DNA of 17,896 nt. It comes from a virus (taxonomy: Duplodnaviria > Heunggongvirae > Uroviricota > Caudoviricetes). The notes under the pieces were generated by a model. It saw only the letters and a list, made by a program, of their open reading frames with translations, did no database searches and was not told where the DNA came from. Numbering within the stretch: the stretch's first letter is position 1; the number at the start of each line of letters is the position of its first letter. Both the position numbers and the translations under genes were made by a program. The stretch lies in IMG/VR virus record IMGVR_UViG_643348547_000004; one strand, 5' to 3'. This document shows positions 10,280 to 17,896 of the stretch, piece by piece.

Positions 10280-10376
10280 AGCATGGCAGAAATGTGTTTC
10301 ATGCTTTTCGGGCGAAGGATATCCGACTTCTGTACGGAATGGCAAGTGGCGGTTAATTTATTCAGGGGAAGGCTGT

Positions 10377-13300
10377 ATGGGAAAAGGTGGCGGTAAGGCA
10401 CACACGCCTCGTGAGGCGAAGGATAATCTCAAATCCACGCAGATGATGAGTGTGATTGATGCGATTGGTGAGGGACCGATAGAAGGTCCGGTGAAGGGAC
10501 TGCAGAGTATTCTGGTGAACAAAACCCCACTGACGGACACGGACGGCAATCCCGTGATACACGGTGTGACCGCGGTCTGGCGTGCCGGGGAGCAGGAGCA
10601 GACACCACCGGAAGGCTTTGAGTCCTCCGGAGCTGAAACCGGACTGGGCGTGGAAGTGACGAAGGCAAAACCGGTGACGCGCACCATTACGTCCGCGAAC
10701 ATTGACCGCCTGCGGGTTACCTTCGGGGTGCAGTCACTGGTGGAGACCACGTCAAAGGGCGACCGTAATCCTTCCTCTGTCCGGATTCTGATTCAGTTAC
10801 AGCGTAATGGCCGCTGGGTGACGGAAAAGGATGTCACCATTAACGGCAAGACCACCTCGCAGTTCCTGGCCTCGGTGATTCTGGATAATCTGCCTCCCCG
10901 GCCCTTTAACATCCGGATGGTCAGGGAGACGGCGGACAGCACCACGGACCAGCTGCAGAATAAGACGCTGTGGTCGTCATACACCGAAATCATCGATGTG
11001 AAACAGTGCTACCCGAACACGGCCATTGTGGGGCTGCAGGTGGATGCGGAGCAGTTCGGCGGCCAGCAGATGACGGTGAACTACCATATCCGCGGTCGCA
11101 TCATCCAGGTGCCGTCAAACTATGACCCGGAAAAACGCACGTACAGTGGTATCTGGGACGGCAGTCTGAAACCGGCATACAGCAACAACCCGGCCTGGTG
11201 CCTGTGGGACATGCTGACTCACCCGCGCTACGGCATGGGAAAACGTCTGGGGGCGGCGGATGTGGACAAGTGGGCGCTGTATGCCATCGGGCAGTACTGC
11301 GACCAGACGGTCCCGGATGGTTTCGGGGGGACCGAGCCGCGGATGACCTTTAATGCGTACCTGGCACAACAGCGTAAGGCGTGGGACGTTCTCAGTGATT
11401 TCTGCTCTGCGATGCGCTGTATGCCGGTATGGAACGGTCAGACGCTGACGTTCGTTCAGGACCGCCCGTCGGATGTGGTGTGGCCGTACACCAACAGCGA
11501 TGTGGTGGTGGATGATAACGGCGTGGGGTTCCGCTACAGCTTCAGTGCCCTGAAGGACCGGCACACGGCGGTGGAGGTGAATTACACCGACCCGCAGAAC
11601 GGCTGGCAGACCTCCACGGAACTGGTGGAAGACCCGGAAGCCATACTGCGCTACGGACGCAACCTGCTGAAGATGGACGCGTTCGGCTGTACCAGCCGCG
11701 GTCAGGCCCACCGTGCCGGGCTGTGGGTGATAAAGACCGAACTGCTGGAAACGCAGACGGTGGATTTCACGCTCGGGTCTCAGGGGCTGCGGCACACACC
11801 CGGTGACATCATTGAAATCTGTGATAACGACTATGCCGGGACCATGACCGGCGGACGTGTCCTGTCCATCGATGCCGCCAGCCGTACCCTGACGCTGGAC
11901 CGGGAGGTGACACTGCCGGAGACCGGCACGGCCACTGTTAATCTGATTAACGGCAGCGGTAAGCCGGCGAGCGTGGCCATCACCGCACACCCCGCGCCTG
12001 ACCGGATACAGGTCAGCACCCTGCCGGATGGTGTGGAGACATACGGGGTGTGGGGACTCTCCCTGCCGTCACTGCGTCGTCGCCTGTTCCGCTGTGTCTC
12101 CATCCGGGAAAACACGGACGGCACGTTCGCCATCACGGCGGTGCAGCACGTACCGGAAAAAGAAGCCATTGTGGATAACGGTGCCCGCTTTGAGCCGCAG
12201 TCAGGCAGCCTGAACAGCGTTATCCCACCGGCAGTGCAGCACCTGACGGTGGAGGTGAGTGCAGCTGACGGTCAGTATCTGGCACAGGCGAAATGGGACA
12301 CGCCGCGGGTGGTGAAGGGTGTGCGCTTCAGTCTGCGTCTGACCAGCGGAAGCGGAGAAGACAGCCGTCTGGTGAGCACCGCCATCACCGCAGACACGGA
12401 GCACCGTTTCAGTGGTCTGCCGCTGGGGGAATACACCCTGACGGTGCGGGCCATTAACAGCTACGGCCAGCAGGGCGAACCTGCGACCACCACCTTCCGG
12501 ATTAACGCGCCTGCAAAACCCGCCACCATTGAGCTGACGCCGGGGTATTTTCAGATAACGGCGGTCCCGCGTCTTGCGGTGTATGACCCGACGGTACAGT
12601 TTGAATTCTGGTTCTCAGAAAAACGCATCACGAACACAGCACAGGTGGAAAAATCTGCCCGTTATCTGGGGACCGGCAGTCAGTGGACTGTCCAGGGGAG
12701 CCGGATTAAGCCGGGGACGGATTTCTGGTTTTACGTGCGAAGCGTCAACCTGGTGGGAAAATCTGCTTTTGTGGAAGCCAGCGGGCAGCCCAGCAATGAT
12801 GGTGAAGGGTATCTGGAAATTTTCCGGGGGCTGATAGATGAGACGCTTCTGGGCCAGGCACTGAAAGAGCGCATTGATGCTTCAGCGCTGCGTACGGAGG
12901 TCACGCAACTGGAAGAAGATATCCGTCAGCGGATGGACACGGATATTGCGGAAGTGACCCGGAAAATCGGGGAGGCGGAAAACAGCCTCACGCAGCTGGT
13001 TGCGAAAAAGAATGAGGACCAGACACTGGCCATCGCGCAGGTGAGCCAGAAAGTGGACCGGGTGAGCAGTGAAATCTCACAGACTGTCAGCCAGGGGCAG
13101 TCAGAAAACGCCCGACAGATAGCACAGGTCCGCCAGTACGTGGATGAAAAAGGGAGTGAAATTACCTCGACCACGGATAAAAAGCTGGGTGACCAGGCCG
13201 TGACCATACAGCAAATCCAGCGGGTTCAGTCAGACACGCGCAATGAGCTGAATGCCATGTATATGCTGAAGGTGCAGAAAACAAAAAACGGTATTCCCTA

Positions 13301-14069
13301 TGTGGCCGGGATTGGTGCGGGGATTGAGGATGTTGATGGTCAGACGCTGAGCAGTATTCTGCTGCAGGCGGACCGTATCGCGATGATTACCCCGGAGAAT
13401 GGCAACACCACGCCGCTGTTTGTGGCGCAGGGGAATCAGCTGTTCATGAACGACGTGTTCCTGAAGCGACTGTTTGCGGTGAGCATCACGTCATCCGGCA
13501 ATCCTCCTACGTTTTCCCTGACGCCGGATGGCAGGCTGGCAGCCCGCAATGCGGATATCAGTGGAGCCATCACGGCGAATACCGGCACGCTCAATAATGT
13601 CACCATTAACGAGAACTGTGTCATCAGAGGGAAACTGTCTGCAAACCAGATTGAAGGCGATCTCGTTAAAACAGTGGGTAAGGCTTTCCCCCGTGACTCC
13701 CGTGCACCGGAGAGGTGGCCATCAGGGACCATTACCGTCAGGGTTTATGACGATCAGCCGTTTGACCGGCAAATTGTTATTCCGGCGGTGGCATTCAGCG
13801 GTGCCAGACATGAGCGGGAGAATAACGATATTTATTCGTCATGCCGCCTGATAGTACGGAAAAACGGTGCTGAAATTTATAACCGTACCGCGCTGGATAA
13901 TACGCTGGTTTACAGTGGTGTTATTGATATGCCTGCTGGTCGCGGCCACATGACGCTGGAGTTTTCTGTATCAGCATGGTGGGTAAATGGCTGGTATCCC
14001 ACAGCAAGTATCAGCGATTTGCTGGTTGTTGTGATGAAGAAAGCCACTGCAGGCATCACGATTAGCTGA
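10377..14069 (+). CDS. J: Tail tip / host specificity protein J (1,230 aa)
   Basis: Extensive match to lambda J by recollection from the N-terminus ([22 protein letters not shown]..) through the fibronectin-like and C-terminal regions. RBS 'AGGGGAAGG' precedes the ATG. It is about 100 aa longer than lambda J because of an expanded coiled-coil segment. Confidence 0.9.
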   Translation: MGKGGGKAHTPREAKDNLKSTQMMSVIDAIGEGPIEGPVKGLQSILVNKTPLTDTDGNPVIHGVTAVWRAGEQEQTPPEGFESSGAETGLGVEVTKAKPVTRTITSANIDRLRVTFGVQSLVETTSKGDRNPSSVRILIQLQRNGRWVTEKDVTINGKTTSQFLASVILDNLPPRPFNIRMVRETADSTTDQLQNKTLWSSYTEIIDVKQCYPNTAIVGLQVDAEQFGGQQMTVNYHIRGRIIQVPSNYDPEKRTYSGIWDGSLKPAYSNNPAWCLWDMLTHPRYGMGKRLGAADVDKWALYAIGQYCDQTVPDGFGGTEPRMTFNAYLAQQRKAWDVLSDFCSAMRCMPVWNGQTLTFVQDRPSDVVWPYTNSDVVVDDNGVGFRYSFSALKDRHTAVEVNYTDPQNGWQTSTELVEDPEAILRYGRNLLKMDAFGCTSRGQAHRAGLWVIKTELLETQTVDFTLGSQGLRHTPGDIIEICDNDYAGTMTGGRVLSIDAASRTLTLDREVTLPETGTATVNLINGSGKPASVAITAHPAPDRIQVSTLPDGVETYGVWGLSLPSLRRRLFRCVSIRENTDGTFAITAVQHVPEKEAIVDNGARFEPQSGSLNSVIPPAVQHLTVEVSAADGQYLAQAKWDTPRVVKGVRFSLRLTSGSGEDSRLVSTAITADTEHRFSGLPLGEYTLTVRAINSYGQQGEPATTTFRINAPAKPATIELTPGYFQITAVPRLAVYDPTVQFEFWFSEKRITNTAQVEKSARYLGTGSQWTVQGSRIKPGTDFWFYVRSVNLVGKSAFVEASGQPSNDGEGYLEIFRGLIDETLLGQALKERIDASALRTEVTQLEEDIRQRMDTDIAEVTRKIGEAENSLTQLVAKKNEDQTLAIAQVSQKVDRVSSEISQTVSQGQSENARQIAQVRQYVDEKGSEITSTTDKKLGDQAVTIQQIQRVQSDTRNELNAMYMLKVQKTKNGIPYVAGIGAGIEDVDGQTLSSILLQADRIAMITPENGNTTPLFVAQGNQLFMNDVFLKRLFAVSITSSGNPPTFSLTPDGRLAARNADISGAITANTGTLNNVTINENCVIRGKLSANQIEGDLVKTVGKAFPRDSRAPERWPSGTITVRVYDDQPFDRQIVIPAVAFSGARHERENNDIYSSCRLIVRKNGAEIYNRTALDNTLVYSGVIDMPAGRGHMTLEFSVSAWWVNGWYPTASISDLLVVVMKKATAGITIS

Positions 14070-14090
14070 ATTTTTATAACCCCAATACGG

Positions 14091-14115
14091 GCGCCAGAAA
14101 TGGCGCCTTTTTTAT
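14091..14115 (+). terminator. Candidate intrinsic terminator after J
   Basis: Palindromic 'GGCGCC'-AGAAAT-'GGCGCC' hairpin followed by TTTTTT. The stem is short, so confidence is moderate. Confidence 0.45.
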
Positions 14116-14137
14116 TGCAGAAAAGCGAGAGGTAATT

Positions 14138-14737
14138 ATGCGTAAATTATGTGCTGTTATTCTGTCCGCAGTAGTCTGGCTGGTTGCCGCTGGTACACCA
14201 GCGAGCGCAGCAGAGCATCAGTCCACACTAAGCGCCGGGTATCTTCAGACCCACACTGATATGCCAGGCAGCGATAATCTGAACGGGATTAACGTGAAAT
14301 ACCGTTATGAGTTTACGGACGCGCTGGGGCTGATTACGTCCTTCAGTTATGCCAATGCTGAGGATGAGCAAAAAACGCACTACAGCGATACCCGCTGGCA
14401 TGAAGATTCCGTGCGTAACCGCTGGTTCAGCGTGATGGCGGGGCCATCTGTACGCGTGAATGAATGGTTCAGTGCTTATGCGATGGCAGGTGTGGCTTAC
14501 AGCCGTGTGTCGACGTTCTCCGGGGATTATCTCCGCGTAACTGACAACAAGGGGAAAACGCACGATGTGCTGACCGGAAGTGATGACGATCGCCACAGCA
14601 ACACGTCTCTGGCGTGGGGAGCTGGCGTGCAGTTTAACCCGACCGAATCCGTGACCATTGATATTGCTTATGAAGGTTCCGGTAGTGGCGACTGGCGAAC
14701 GGATGCATTTATTGTTGGTATCGGATACCGTTTCTGA
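14138..14737 (+). CDS. lom: Outer membrane protein Lom (Ail/Lom/OmpX family beta-barrel)
   Basis: 199-aa ORF with a signal peptide (MRKLCAVILSAVVWLVAAGTPASA) and a C-terminus (..IAYEGSGSGDWRTDAFIVGIGYRF) matching the lambda Lom C-terminus by recollection. Position between J and stf is as in lambda. Confidence 0.9.
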   Translation: MRKLCAVILSAVVWLVAAGTPASAAEHQSTLSAGYLQTHTDMPGSDNLNGINVKYRYEFTDALGLITSFSYANAEDEQKTHYSDTRWHEDSVRNRWFSVMAGPSVRVNEWFSAYAMAGVAYSRVSTFSGDYLRVTDNKGKTHDVLTGSDDDRHSNTSLAWGAGVQFNPTESVTIDIAYEGSGSGDWRTDAFIVGIGYRF

Positions 14738-14842
14738 CAACAGACGCCGATTTATCTTCTGTAAATATTGTTATGATACGCAGGTTCATCCGCCTTATGG
14801 GGTGAACTGCGTTTGAGGAAACGTAAAGTTACACTGTCCTGA

Positions 14843-14875
14843 AGCCCGTGGCGTCACTGCTGCGGGCTTTTTTTA
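14843..14875 (+). terminator. Intrinsic terminator after lom
   Basis: Stem 'AGCCCG' (14843-14848) pairing with 'CGGGCT' (14863-14868), followed by a run of seven T. Confidence 0.6.
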
Positions 14876-14888
14876 TTGGTGGAAAAGT

Positions 14889-16949
14889 ATGACAGTAAAA
14901 ATTTCTGGCGTGCTTAAAGATGGCACAGGAAAACCAGTACAGAACTGCACCATTGTGCTGAAGGCCAGACGGACCAGCAGCACGGTGGTGGTGAACACGG
15001 TGGCCTCTGAAAATCCGGATGAAGCCGGGCGTTACAGCATGGATGTTGAGTATGGCCAGTACAGCGTCACCCTGCTGGTTGAAGATTTTCCGCCTTCACA
15101 TGCCGGGACCATTACCGTCTATGAAGGTTCCAGACCAGGTACGCTGAATGATTTTCTCGGCGCCATGACGGAGGATGATGTTCGTCCGGAGGCACTGCGC
15201 CGTTTTGAGCTGATGGTGAATGAAGTGGCACGTCATGCCGGAGCGTCATCACAGAGTGCAGCGGCGGCAAAGAAATCCGAAACGGCAGCAGCCTCATCGA
15301 AGAATGCGGCGAAAACCTCAGAAACGAATGCAGCTAACAGCGCACAGGCGGCAGCGGCCTCGCAGACTGCATCGGCAAACTCCGCGACAGCAGCCAAAAA
15401 ATCAGAAACCAGCGCGAAAAATAGCGAGACAGCCACAAAGGCCAGCGAAAAAAACGCAAAATCCAGCCAGACGGCAGCGAAAACCAGTGAGACGAATGCC
15501 AAAGACAGTGAAGCCAACGCAAAGGTGAGCGAAACAGCGGCGGCGAACTCGGCGAAAGCATCGGCAGCAAGCCAGACGGCAGCAAAAGCAAGTGAAGATG
15601 CTGCCAGAGAATACGCAAACCAGACAGCAGAGCCGTACAGATATGTTTTACAGCCGCTGCCGGATGTGTGGATACCCTTTAATGATTCGCTGGATATGAT
15701 TACGGGCTATTCTCCGGGTTATAAAAAAGTGAAGATTGGTGATAATGTGGTTCAGGTTGCCAGTGATAAACAGGTTAATTTCAGTCGCGCATCAACGGCA
15801 ACATATATCAACAAATCTGGCGAACTGAAAACGGCGGAAATTAATGAGCCACGATTTGAAAAAGAAGGTTTATTGATTGAAGGTCAGCGAACCAACTACA
15901 TGTTGAATTCAGCAACTCCAGCTTCTTGGGGTAAATCTGCAAATATGAATGTCGCTGAGGTTGGAACTGATAGTTTTGGTTTTACTTATGGAAAGTTTGT
16001 TTGTAATGAATCATTAATTGGGCAAAGTACAACCCTTAATATGGCAGTAGTTTCAACCTCGGGGGCTGTCGATGTATCAGGCGATAATAAGTGTGTGACG
16101 ACATCGTGCAGATTTAAAACGGATTTGGAACTCCTGTTAAGGATCAGGTTTGAAGCCTTCGATGGCAGCGCTTCATCTAATCTTGGATATGCCATTGTTA
16201 ATACGCGGTCTTTATTGGTTGAAATCACCGGTGTAGCTGCCGACAGGCTCACCGCACGAGTTAACAAAGATGAAGCTACGGGCTGGATTTTTGTAGAGGC
16301 AACGATTCAAGCAAGTAAAGAAACTTACATAACCTCTGCAATACAATACGCACCAAAAAAAGGTGGTGTCGTTGAATCTGGTGACTATATTTATCTGGCC
16401 ACCCCTCAGGTTGAGGATGGTTCGTGTGTATCATCTTTTATTATATCAGGAACGACGGCGGCGACGCGCGCAAGCGATATGGTTACAGTTCCGATTAAGA
16501 ATAATCTTTATAATCTTCCTTTTACGGTTCTTTGTGAGGTACATAAGAACTGGTATAAAACGCCAAATGCAGCGCCACGTGTTTTTGATACCGGCGGTCA
16601 TCAAACCGGAGCGGCTATTATTCTTGGCTTCGGATCTTCGGCAGATGGGCCAGACGGATTTCCTTATTGCGATATTGGTGGATCAAATAGGCGTGTTAAC
16701 GAAAACGCATCGTTGAAAAAAATGGTTATGGGGATGCGTGTAAAGTCAGATCAGTCTACATGTGCAGTAAGTAACGGGCGTATATCCAGCGAAACAAAAA
16801 CCACATGGGAATATATCCGGAGTACAGCAACCATTCGCATTGGTGGACAAACTACAGCAGGATTACGCCATTTATTTGGGCATGTGAGGAATTTTCGTCT
16901 CTGGCATAAAGAGCTAACAGATGCGCAGCTTGGGGAGGTTGTGGAGTGA
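14889..16949 (+). CDS. stf: Side tail fibre protein: lambda Stf-like N-terminus, Ser/Ala/Lys-rich repeat spacer, and an unrelated C-terminal domain
   Basis: The N-terminal ~120 aa (MTVKISGVLKDGTGKPVQNCTI..) match lambda Stf by recollection. Residues ~125-235 are low-complexity (K-SETNA-type) repeats. The C-terminal ~430 aa are AT-richer DNA and end in a motif (..HVRNFRLWHKELTDAQLGEVV) reminiscent of ConA/LamG-like domain termini. Confidence 0.85.
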   Translation: MTVKISGVLKDGTGKPVQNCTIVLKARRTSSTVVVNTVASENPDEAGRYSMDVEYGQYSVTLLVEDFPPSHAGTITVYEGSRPGTLNDFLGAMTEDDVRPEALRRFELMVNEVARHAGASSQSAAAAKKSETAAASSKNAAKTSETNAANSAQAAAASQTASANSATAAKKSETSAKNSETATKASEKNAKSSQTAAKTSETNAKDSEANAKVSETAAANSAKASAASQTAAKASEDAAREYANQTAEPYRYVLQPLPDVWIPFNDSLDMITGYSPGYKKVKIGDNVVQVASDKQVNFSRASTATYINKSGELKTAEINEPRFEKEGLLIEGQRTNYMLNSATPASWGKSANMNVAEVGTDSFGFTYGKFVCNESLIGQSTTLNMAVVSTSGAVDVSGDNKCVTTSCRFKTDLELLLRIRFEAFDGSASSNLGYAIVNTRSLLVEITGVAADRLTARVNKDEATGWIFVEATIQASKETYITSAIQYAPKKGGVVESGDYIYLATPQVEDGSCVSSFIISGTTAATRASDMVTVPIKNNLYNLPFTVLCEVHKNWYKTPNAAPRVFDTGGHQTGAAIILGFGSSADGPDGFPYCDIGGSNRRVNENASLKKMVMGMRVKSDQSTCAVSNGRISSETKTTWEYIRSTATIRIGGQTTAGLRHLFGHVRNFRLWHKELTDAQLGEVVE
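15255..15600 (+). repeat. Imperfect tandem coding repeats inside the tail fibre gene
   Basis: Reiterated ~21-24-nt units of the form 'aaaacctcagaaacgaatgca' / 'aaaaccagtgagacgaatgcc' encoding A/S/K/T/E-rich repeats. These generate spurious ORFs in other frames on both strands. Confidence 0.7.
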
Positions 16950-17224
16950 GAGATTTCACGTTGCGTTTCAGTGATAAAGCAGATTTCAGGGCATTTCTCA
17001 GGAAACTTAACTGGGAAGAGGACGAAGAGCTGCAGAATGCCATTCTGGTTGATGAGATTGGTTTTACGTTCAGTGAGTCAGGTGTTTCTGCTGACGGGGA
17101 GCCTGAATACACGCGAGACGAAGGGTACTTTGTTAATATTCGTCTTCTTGACGATGGCTTTGATGAATCCGTGTTCCGTGAGTGGGTGGTTACACCAGAG
17201 CGCCCGCTCAGGGAGTGGTTTTAA
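16946..17224 (+). CDS. Hypothetical acidic 92-aa protein, translationally coupled to the tail fibre gene
   Basis: GTG start at 16946 overlaps the stf stop (GTGGAGTGA) and is preceded by 'GGGGAGG'. The product is strongly acidic. I do not recognise the family. Confidence 0.55.
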   Translation: MRDFTLRFSDKADFRAFLRKLNWEEDEELQNAILVDEIGFTFSESGVSADGEPEYTRDEGYFVNIRLLDDGFDESVFREWVVTPERPLREWF

Positions 17225-17233
17225 GGGGAGCAG

Positions 17234-17530
17234 ATGGATATCACGCCGATACTTCATGCAATTTGTGCAGTAGCCGTGCAGGGGCTGGTCGGGTGCATTA
17301 CCGGTGACTGGGTTTACGGAGCGATAGCGGGTTGTACGTTCTTTATTGCCCGAGAACATACCCAGGCAGAATATCGCTGGATTAAGCGTTTTGGTGATGG
17401 TCACAGACAGAACATGCCGTGGTGGGGCGGTTTTGATCCGCGTGTGTGGAATGTGGCCAGTCTGATGGATTTTGTGGTGCCGGTGGTGGCCTGTGCGGGA
17501 TTGTATGGCTGTATGCTGATTTTTAGCTGA
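17234..17530 (+). CDS. Hypothetical small hydrophobic protein (98 aa, probably membrane-embedded)
   Basis: ATG at 17234 is preceded by the RBS 'AAGGGGAG' at 6-nt spacing. The product has hydrophobic N- and C-terminal segments (..ICAVAVQGLVGCITGDWVYGAIAGCTFFIA.. and ..LMDFVVPVVACAGLYGCMLIF). I do not recognise the family. Confidence 0.55.
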   Translation: MDITPILHAICAVAVQGLVGCITGDWVYGAIAGCTFFIAREHTQAEYRWIKRFGDGHRQNMPWWGGFDPRVWNVASLMDFVVPVVACAGLYGCMLIFS

Positions 17531-17556
17531 AAAAAAGGGGAGCACTCAGGCTCCCC
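17530..17556 (-). terminator. Intrinsic terminator for the convergent minus-strand DinI-like gene
   Basis: Stem 'GGGGAGC' (17537-17543) pairing with 'GCTCCCC' (17550-17556) around a 6-nt loop, followed on the minus strand by a run of seven U (plus-strand A-run 17530-17536). Confidence 0.6.
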
Positions 17557-17647
17557 AACCAGAAGAAGTCGCTTGAAACGACAAGCTCGTTGTTATGCCT
17601 TTTAAGAATGTCATACAAAACAGGTCATTACAGTGATTATGATCCCG

Positions 17648-17896
17648 TTATTGCATAAACCAGTCGTCCGCGGTTTGCCAGACTTCCTGTAGTGTTTCCT
17701 GTACGAACTCCAGTGCTGATTCTTTATCGACGGCTCTTAAAATGGTGAGTCCATCATTGCTGGCAGATTTAACGATCACATCTGCATCGTCATATCGCTT
17801 ACCTATGCGGCGCAGCATTTCTTGCTGCAGAGCAGGAACAGAACCTTTCGGCATTTTGCTGATTTTTTCTTTAGCGATACAGATCTCAACACGCAT
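17648..17896 (-). CDS. DinI-family protein (82 aa)
   Basis: Pattern MR.E..IAK..(17)..RI..(25)..ETLQE.W..ADDWF aligns with E. coli DinI as I recall it (MRIEVTIAK.. ..ILQETWESADDWF). The start codon lies at the last bases of the window. Confidence 0.75.
   Translation of the reverse strand: MRVEICIAKEKISKMPKGSVPALQQEMLRRIGKRYDDADVIVKSASNDGLTILRAVDKESALEFVQETLQEVWQTADDWFMQ

Noticed and set aside
10055-10401. ORFs of 113 aa (plus) and 94 aa (minus) spanning the I-J spacer
   Set aside because: Both run straight through the terminator hairpins, lack an RBS and have implausible composition. The spacer is better explained as non-coding.
11115-12169. Minus-strand ORFs (291 and 112 aa) inside J
   Set aside because: Antisense to a gene with end-to-end lambda J similarity. 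Composition is Arg/Pro/His-rich with no start context.
15220-15618. Highly basic 102-aa plus-strand ORF and two 94-aa minus-strand ORFs over the fibre repeat region
   Set aside because: These are alternative-frame readings of the tandem coding repeats (A/G-rich DNA) and overlap the verified stf frame.
17078-17545. 155-aa minus-strand ORF overlapping both small plus-strand ORFs
   Set aside because: His/Thr/Pro-rich product without an RBS. The plus-strand ORFs have RBSs and translational coupling to stf and are the more plausible genes.

Overview
This 17.9-kb window is the left end of a degraded lambdoid prophage inserted in the chromosomal gene mlrA (yehV). Left to right: the 3' part of mlrA (minus strand, 1 to about 688), a short attL junction, a C-terminal fragment of a phage tyrosine integrase (723-1177), and an IS629-like IS3-family element (1178-4757) whose transposase orfB is interrupted by a 2,270-bp group II intron (1693-3962) encoding a 507-aa RT/maturase. 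The IS sits exactly where the integrase and tape-measure reading frames break, with no target-site duplication, so the early, lysis and head regions of the prophage appear to have been deleted. Downstream is a 5'-truncated tape measure gene, an apparently intact lambda-like distal tail module (M, L, K, I, J), the lom moron, a mosaic side tail fibre gene, two small coupled ORFs of unknown function, and a DinI-family gene on the opposite strand. The least explained element is a 343-bp AT-rich insert between I and J carrying a near-consensus sigma70 promoter and intrinsic terminator on the minus strand (candidate small RNA) plus a strong bidirectional terminator. All protein identifications rest on reading the supplied translations against remembered family sequences; no database search was run.
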